Below are positions 55,351 to 64,000 of a stretch of DNA of 64,000 bases, one piece after another. The first letter of the stretch is position 1. Every line of letters begins with the position of its first letter. The position numbers and the translations under genes are program-made. The stretch comes from Eledone cirrhosa (lineage: Eukaryota): contig OZ024741.1 of NCBI GenBank assembly GCA_964016885.1, positions 378,634,001 through 378,698,000 of the forward strand. The letters run 5' to 3'. Under the pieces are notes generated by a model that did not search any database, was not told the DNA's origin, and saw nothing but the letters and a program-made list of their open reading frames with translations.

Positions 55351-58300
55351 TATACACACGCATATACATACATATACATATGTTCATGTGTATACACATA
55401 TATACACATTTTTGGACGGCCGTTGACTCTTATGAGTTCTTCTGCTCTTTATATATATATATTTTTAAGTAACTGACATCAGAAATACCACATGAATATT
55501 ATCAATGTGTAAAATATAATTAAAAAAGAGTTCGGTTAGGTATAGTTTATGATCTAAATTTATGTTTTCAAGGCACAGCGACAAATTGACGATGAATCGC
55601 ATTAAATAGAGGAATGCCCCAGTTTTGAGATTGACCAGATATTTTCGCATATTCAAGTATTAAAATCAGTACACAAGCGTATTCTTTCACGGTTTAACTG
55701 AATAGTTTACCTCATTATACACAGTTTCATACAGCATCAACTGGTTCAACATACATACATGCATATAAATTGAGGCAGGTATATATATATTTACATACAA
55801 ACCATGTTATAGGGATCATTCAGTCATATGCAACATATAACCTCTGAAACACTCAGACATATTCAGAAACAAAATGCCACAACATGCCGTGTCTAAACCT
55901 TTGGATGTCATTAAAATCATTGCCATTATCCGTGTGTCTTGATATTTCTCTTTCACTTGTTTTCAAAAATTATTCAATTCTATATTCTGTTTTACATGCA
56001 GTTTATTGATTTGTAAGAAACAATTGAATCGATTTTATACATTTTTAATATGTGCTAAAAATGTAATTATGAATCAAGAGTAGGTACGTAATCTAATCAT
56101 ATATATCTCATTAGTATGTTGTCATCCTGGATATGTTTTTGCGAAAATGTAGACAGTTCTCTAATTCAAAATATCGCATAGAGAAATATTGGCAAAATAA
56201 GTGAATAAAAATCAGGGATTGCCATTAAATCAAGAATAATATATTTTTGTTTTTCCTTCAAGAAACTTTTCTTGAATTACTTAATAAAATATTTCGTCTA
56301 AGATACTTCTCCAACCAAGTTGAAATTTGAATATTGTATTTAGTTTTAGTCATTTATGATGTGTTTCCTAACTAAACTTATGAAATGACGATCGAGGTAG
56401 AAATACCCGCACACGACGATGTCACCAGCAATGCAAAATTTGATAATACGCTATTTTCCTAAGTAAAATTACAGAAACATTAACATATTTAACTAATTAT
56501 TTAACTAAGATTGCGTATGTTATATGCCTGAAATAACAATGGTGGCCAGTTAATGATCATTAATCACAGTTTATGAGGCCGAAATTTAGTGAGAGTACGT
56601 AAATGCGTATGTTTGTTTTCTGCCTGATAAGGTAATCGTCGTACGACCACATGTCAACATACATCTCTCTTAATATATTATGATTAAAAAAAATGAATGT
56701 TTTAATCATCTTGCTTGCTCTTTTTAATTGTTCAGTAGTTATTAGGTTGTTCAGTGTCAGATTTCAATAACTCAGTTCACACTTACCATTTGGAACAAAG
56801 CAAACAGAATGTTAGACAAACGAAAGAAAATAACGCAACTATAATGTAAAATAGTTTAAACAAAGATCTTAAAAGGAAGCAACAAGAAATGTTATAGCAA
56901 CATACATTCACTGTTCTCTGCACAGCAACATCCACTGTTTATTCAACATTAACATTTAATATATGTTATTACATCTCTATCAGTAGATGTACATAATTCT
57001 GTCGAAAAGATACTTATGTGCAAAATACACATAGAAGTAGTAATGCATTTTAAGCACGACTTCTATTCTCGCACTATATATAGCAAATGAATTTATTTTA
57101 ATTCTGTCTTTCAAAAATCTCTAATATATTACGGAAAAATACATATATCGTGTTAATTTTGTAAAAGAAATGAGGATTTCATACATATATCATTTGAATT
57201 CATTTCATGAAACCTTTTCGGTAATATCAGCATCAATAATTCTGCTTATATAAGCATGAATAAAACGCAGTTTATTACTATTGTTAGCTCAAACCTTGTA
57301 TTATATTTCAGACGATATTTTGATCATTTTCTGTACAGCAGAGTTATAGTGATTTTGGTTCTCATCAGCGATTTCATTCGGTTATTCAACTTGCTAAATA
57401 TATCAACTAAGCCATGTGCAAACTATTCCCTCACACATGTAAACTGTGAAATACATTCGATAATGCAGTCATTTATACCTAAATGTATAGACAATGCCGA
57501 AATAGTTGTAGCATGAACATTTGTAACCAGAGGTATAACGAAGCCCATATCTGTAATTTTACCACAACAGCAGCCACAACGATATGATTCAAATGAAGTT
57601 GCAGTCAGAATGCAAACACCTATAACTCGATACTTCAAGGAATTTTTTTGTGGCACATCTTCAATCACCAATATTCTTTATTAAAAACGAAATTTTGCAG
57701 ATATTTCTCTGGAAAATTCATTTAAAGACGTCAAACGTGAATTAAAGTTGCAAACAAACCCTAACGACTTTCAAAATCATTCGATATATTTTCATGTTTT
57801 AGATCAAATATTTATATGAATGTTTTGCCGAAATACTCCTCTGCACTAGAAGTATAATATATCTAGGATATAACAAAATATCAGAAACGACGGATAAGAA
57901 ATTAGATCAGGAACTTACCACTAAGTGGGAGATTAATCCTTGCAGATGGTTCTAAACTAAGATATGTCAGCATCGCTTAAAGTGTTAAAAAGGCAGGAAA
58001 ATAATACCACAAACAGGTTGTATATCGGCAAATCTATAAATAGCCCTTATGATCTCAATCGTAAAAGACATCTCGGAAATCTGATCTATGAAACATGAAG
58101 GTATACAAAAACAAGATATATCCGCGTAAGGAAAACAACCACATTACTCAATATGAACTAATAAGGAAGAACGGAATAACATTATCTGCTTCATATAGAG
58201 TTTACATTCTGCCAAATTTCTCAAACATCAGGCGAGTAAGTAGACTGTTTAAGGAAGTGGAAATCATTTATCAGTGGCAAGCGTGTAAAAGTAGACCATC

Positions 58301-58360
58301 TGTCGATAATCGGAAACGATGGACAAACTTACACATTATTACTAAGCTATCGATTACGAA

Positions 58361-58550
58361 GCGGTGGATTGGCAGTATCGGTAGAGGGTCGGAAGCCATG
58401 CTTTCCAGCATAGTTACGTCCGTTTACGATCTGAGTTCAAATCCCGCCGAGATTGACTTTGCCTTTCATCCTTGCGGGGTCGATAAAATAAAGTACCAGT
58501 AATGAACTGGGTAATTGCTGGCCTTGTGCCTAAAGTAGAAACAATTATTA
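58361..58550 (+). mobile_element. tRNA-derived SINE family A, full length, with probable TSD
   Basis: ATTATTACTAAG(C/T)TAT at 58335-58350 and 58544-58559. Confidence 0.9.
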
Positions 58551-59040
58551 CTAAGTTATAAAATATATATTCATGAATATCCATATACATCTTCTAATAT
58601 AATCGATTAATAATTGTAATAGACTCATATCATATTTCACCGTGTCTGCTGACTAAGTCGCAAATGATAAAGGTTATTTTACCAGCCAACGATATATATA
58701 TATATATATATATATAATATAAAACGAAAAATCTGTGATGCATCTAAACTCAGTTTATTGTGTGTTACAATTGTTTCGCCGGCAGACAACTCAAGACACG
58801 ATCATTGTATGGATCTGTCTGATTCTGGACCTGCAACAATTTCGGATCAAATTTTCTCACTGGGGTGTTAGCGTCAAAAAACATCTTCCTTGCTTGTCCT
58901 GCTGTGGGCTGCTGTTTTTCTACTTCATCATAAATGCTGGCCAATAGTTGCTGTCACACTCACCATAAGCTGTCCCTCCGCTTGACACATTTCAATGAAT
59001 CCATGGTGGGTTTGGTATTTCACAAGTCCGCTCGCACACT

Positions 59041-59090
<50 letters not shown>

Positions 59091-59313
59091 TAAAAAAACA
59101 ATGAATAAAAACAAATTATATTAAAAATTCACCATTTTACGATCGTTTCTAGGATATATATGTGTGTTGGTATGTATATCATATAGATCTATGTAAAAAT
59201 ATTATGAACTATCAGTTGAAATATATATACCTTCACATATATATGCTGTCTTTGATATTTGGATTACATTGAGTTCTTCATACGGATTGGACACTAACGT
59301 ACATTTTGGTAGA

Positions 59314-59386
<73 letters not shown>

Positions 59387-60045
59387 TCACACGCACACAA
59401 CCATATAAATAACGACAAACGCGTACATAGACGCCTGCCTACATGCCCACGTACATCAGCTCTCACAGACACGCACGCACACACAAGCACAGGCATACAT
59501 GCGCACACACATGCATATGCGTATATCTACTCGTATACACAAACATGTACAGACCTATACATAGACACGCACACGCACATACACACACGTGTCCGTATAT
59601 ACAAGCACAAGGACAGACTCGCTCCCAAATACACCTATATATGTATATGTACACACAGAAATGTACACACAAACAAGCCCTTAACCCACATTAGGTGCAC
59701 GTAAACTCATTAACACACACACACATACACACTGGTTCATATACTCAAACAAATATGCGTCTAATATCTACATGCCTACGTACATCTACAAAGATACATA
59801 CATATATCCGTCCGTACTCAGATATGATATATTCACAGAGTCAATCGGTCATACAGGGTCATCCATGAAAGGATGCATCTTGTTATACACATGCATACAT
59901 ATAAACAATGTAACCAAATACATACATCCATACACATTGATGCATGTATAGGTACTCACATATAAATAAATATATAATTAAGTAAATAAAAACAGTAAAA
60001 AAATAAATAAATGTATATATATATACACATACATATACACACACC

Positions 60046-60078
<33 letters not shown>

Positions 60079-61017
60079 GTGTGTGTGTATGTGTGTGTGT
60101 GTGTGTGTGTACATACCCACGCATACATACACAGCTATGATAAACCTACAATATACTAAAATATACATATACCGTCATACATTAAAAGATGTATATTGCA
60201 CTAAACATGCACGAATATAAACAGTATAATCATATAGATACATCCATACACATTCACATAACGTATACATAAATATCTCTTTACATGCACACACACATAT
60301 ATATATACACATACGCATACACATATACACACATATAAAATAAAATAAATATACAATATATTAAAATATACATAGAACGTCACATAGAGATATATAAAAA
60401 AAAGAGTGAAGAAAGAAGTAGAGACGTGTCTGCGTATGATATAGTACACATGGGGAGTATGGGATGTAAACTTGGGCCTGTATACGGAGCAAATAATATG
60501 TTTTCCAAAATGGAACACGTGAAGAGTATGTATTCACGATTGAAAAGGTACACATGCATTGGGGTGCGTAGCCCGACCATTTTGGAGTATGTCACTGTGG
60601 TTGAGGTATGTTGTACTATAGGTGTATGGTATTAGAGTGAAAGACCGTGGTATCCGGGTCAACCTGTTGCGGCTCAGGCGATTTTCTTGCCTAGCATGAC
60701 GTGCAGAGTCGGGCATGCAACTTGAGTTATTTTGTTTACCCTACGGGCCATATATTGTCATCAGGGTATGGAGTCTGGTCCCTTGAACTCGTTTCGTCGC
60801 TCTGGTCGGCGCGTACTCCGACGCATGCTCTTAGCCTGGGCTTCCCGGTGGATTCTATGCGGAGAGTGTGCACCTTCTCCGGTGTCTGCACGACATCTTC
60901 ATTTCCGATTTCAGATTGACCGAGTCATCCTTCAGTCTAACTATTTCCATGGCCTCGTATAGGCATAGGCTACACTTTCTACTTCCAGCCGAGTATGCAT
61001 TCGCGTGCCGAACTACC

Positions 61018-61779
61018 TTGCGAAACAACAGGTTGTCTGGATGATTGGTAGTTATTTTCTTATTTTTTCTTAAATTGAGACAAGCGAACCCAATTGTTTA
61101 TAATTAGTAATCTTTTCATCTTAGCGAATCAGGTCCCTTACGATTTGAACACACATATATATATATGTCTGTGTTCGTTTTTCTTTTATATACTATTATA
61201 ATATACGACTCAGACATATCTCTTTCTTAGAGTTATTTTATTGTAATAGACTATTTTGAGTTACTAACTCAATATATACCATTCATATATTCGGCTCCGT
61301 TAATTTGTTGACCTATTTCAAATGTCGAATAAACCTGGCTGCTATTTTTAGTGGTGTAGGTTTGTGAGACACGCTAGGATGCCATGTGCGGTATTTTATA
61401 TATTTTATATATAGCATACTTAGATGTGTCTAGCATACTAATTCATCATTCACTGATGAGTTTGGATTGGTATTTCTATTCACAATTAATTTTGCGAAAC
61501 AACAACAAGTTGTATGGCTGATTGGTAGTTACCACAATTCTGGTTTGTATTTATTTTCTTAATTTTGTTCTTAAATTGAGATAGCGAACCCAATTGTCTA
61601 TAATTAGTATTCTTTTCACCTTAGCGAATCAGGTTCCTTACGATTTGAACACATATATGTATATATCTGTGTTCGTTTTCCTTTTATATTCTATTATAAT
61701 ATACGGCTCAGAAATATCTCTTTCTTAGAGCTATTTTATTGTAATAGACTATTTTGAGTTCCTAACTCAATAATACCTT

Positions 61780-61781
<2 letters not shown>
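61018..61781 (+). mobile_element. Partial tandem hammerhead module (61018-61280 repeated at 61492-61778)
   Basis: CTGATGA (61453)...GAAAC-aacaacaagtt-GTA (61496-61514); GGCTC..GAGCTA hairpin at 61701-61733; ends in (TA)n. Confidence 0.7.
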
Positions 61782-61852
<71 letters not shown>

Positions 61853-64000
61853 AATAGTGCTTTCTCTCCCCAATCCTTTCCATTTACTTCTCTTCTCACA
61901 CTCATCTCCATTTCTATTTCTCAATCTATATTCTGTTGAAGGACTATTATCTGACACTTTAAGGCTCTATTGAGAGTTAAACTAAGATGTATCTTCATTG
62001 TACTGTGTGGTTTTGTTGTGGTGTTTATCGATTATATGTTGCATACATATATCAATTTTGTGTGTAAACATGATTTGGTGATTTCCAACTTGTGATAAAT
62101 TTATAATATTTATGAATTTCTTTATAATGTGAGCTTTATTGAATTATACTAGTGAGCTGTTTTCGTCGGTGCAACTTTCTATCATTAATAATGTTAGCGA
62201 CAATATAAAATGATGCCAATATATTTGTATTTTAACTGATTTTAAGCATTGTTTTATGTGTGGTGGAACATATGTCATAATCGTAATTTAGATAAAAATA
62301 TTAACGACATATTGTAAGGTAGACACAATATAATAATTGCAATTTATAAGAATATTTATTAGATTTCCCGTGATTTTGTTTCATTATGAATTATTTTAAT
62401 GATATGAGAATTAATATGTGATATTTGAATCTTCAATGAAACCTTTACCTCCGATGTGATAAATTATCTTAATAAATACGAAGTCATCAGTCAATATATG
62501 TATTGGAAATTAATGTCTGTAAATGTCTATACAATTGAATACTAATTTTTAGTGACTCAAAGAGTCACATCGTAAATTATAACACACCAAAATTCTCTCA
62601 GCAGCTTAACATATATACTTGTCGACAACCGAACAAGAAAACATCTATCTATATGTGATAGCGAGGATACATTCCCAAAACCACAATCTGCCATCTTTGA
62701 AAATTATTGGAGATCTTGTTATATATAGTCCTAAATATCACTAAAAAATCAGAGGAAGCTAACAGGGAAATGCATATTCAATTTTCAACATATTTAGAGG
62801 TTACACAGTGATTAACTAATACTATTTTGGAAGCGGTCCCCGATGTTTGTGTGGCTGGTATAAAATGAAGCACCAATCGTTATTCAAGTTTTACTCTATT
62901 GTAATACACAACGTATGAATTTTGGGTGTATACATAAATTGAAAATATTTGAACGTTTGTTTGCTGATTCATATCTGAACAAGTGTAATTGATTTCCTAG
63001 GCGTTTGGACATTTAATCAATGTTTTTCAACTTAGTAACGAAGTTATGAAATTCAACGTAAACGTTTCAAATATATATCAATAACATTGGCAATAAGAAC
63101 GTGTGTAGATACGCACGAGTAAATATTTTTCCCATCAAGTTTCTTAATTAAAATTCTATGAATTAATATTCTGTAAATTAAAATTCAAAACTAGAAAATT
63201 ATATAATTTGAATAAAATTCCATAACTTCTATAGCATTCTATGAATTAAAATCTATATAACTGACTTTCGGTCACAATCAGCGAGAAATTATCCTGTAAT
63301 GTTATGTTCGACGCATGTAAATATATATTCTTATTGCAATCAGATTTTTTTCGCGGAATAAAGGTATAACGGAGCTATTGTTATGTACGATTACTGAATG
63401 GGTTTTTGTGTCAATCAATATCCAAGTAAATGTTGTGAATTTAGATTTGGCAGACGTCAATACTATTGTATGTTTTTTTTTTTTAATTCAATTTCAGATT
63501 AACTGTGATCGATCAAATTTACAACCAGACTCTTTTCTCTCACAATTTTTTATGATGGATTACATTTTGCTATCCATATTTACACTTCCAAAATTGGAAA
63601 TTGTAAATTCTTTGATATTTTCCTGGCCTTTCTAGTATTGACAAATTAACTGACTCTAGCTTTCTTTTTTGTTTGGATCCGCAACATCCATATGCGGGTC
63701 ATGATACGGGAAATATAGGCTGCATTGTTCCAGTGACGTAGTTGCTATTTATGCATGTGGAAGGTGTATATAGACATTATATCATTGTTCCGAGTTTACT
63801 GTTTTTATTGGAGTTATATTAGCAGTCTGTCATTAGATTATATAACATAATTTGAATATTTATCACAACAATATCATTGTGGTTGAGTGATGATATACAC
63901 ACATTCTGATGAAGATCCAATTAGATCTGAGAATCGATGAAAGGTATTTATCACTTTCTCAATTTAGAGGGAAATTCGTATTTTCTGGAGTGTTTACACA

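Noticed and set aside
58753-58782. Minus-strand GAAAC-aatt-GTA plus AATAAA near a TA tract
   Set aside because: Probably another PLE tail, but no matching CTGAnGA half was found, so not called.

Overview
AT-rich eukaryotic genomic DNA dominated by (TA)n/(CA)n/(AAT)n microsatellites and retroelements. The SINE and LINE repertoire suggests an octopod cephalopod (inference). No host gene can be called with confidence, and most track ORFs are microsatellite artefacts. Recognisable elements are: (1) a near-complete Neptune-type Penelope-like element (PLE; ORF1 + RT + GIY-YIG, minus strand) in partial tandem, 2245-10039; (2) a 3'-truncated L1/Tx1-like LINE; (3) three R4/Dong-type and one CRE-type restriction-like-endonuclease LINE remnants; (4) RTE remnants; (5) two decayed Naiad-type PLEs back to back; (6) two tRNA-derived SINE families. 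The most striking unexplained layer is more than a dozen non-coding, (TA)n-anchored modules from sequence-unrelated families. Each carries a hammerhead-ribozyme core and is arranged either as an outward-facing fold-back or as a 480-670 bp monomer with terminal redundancy. Many share a GGCTC...GAGCT hairpin, and their inserted 3' ends repeatedly stop at an ATATA lying just 5' of it. This is a candidate priming-site/boundary signal for microsatellite-targeted reverse transcription. The Neptune ORF1/RT overlap also holds an in-frame U_UUU_UUA slippery heptamer. All identities and alignments were estimated by eye.
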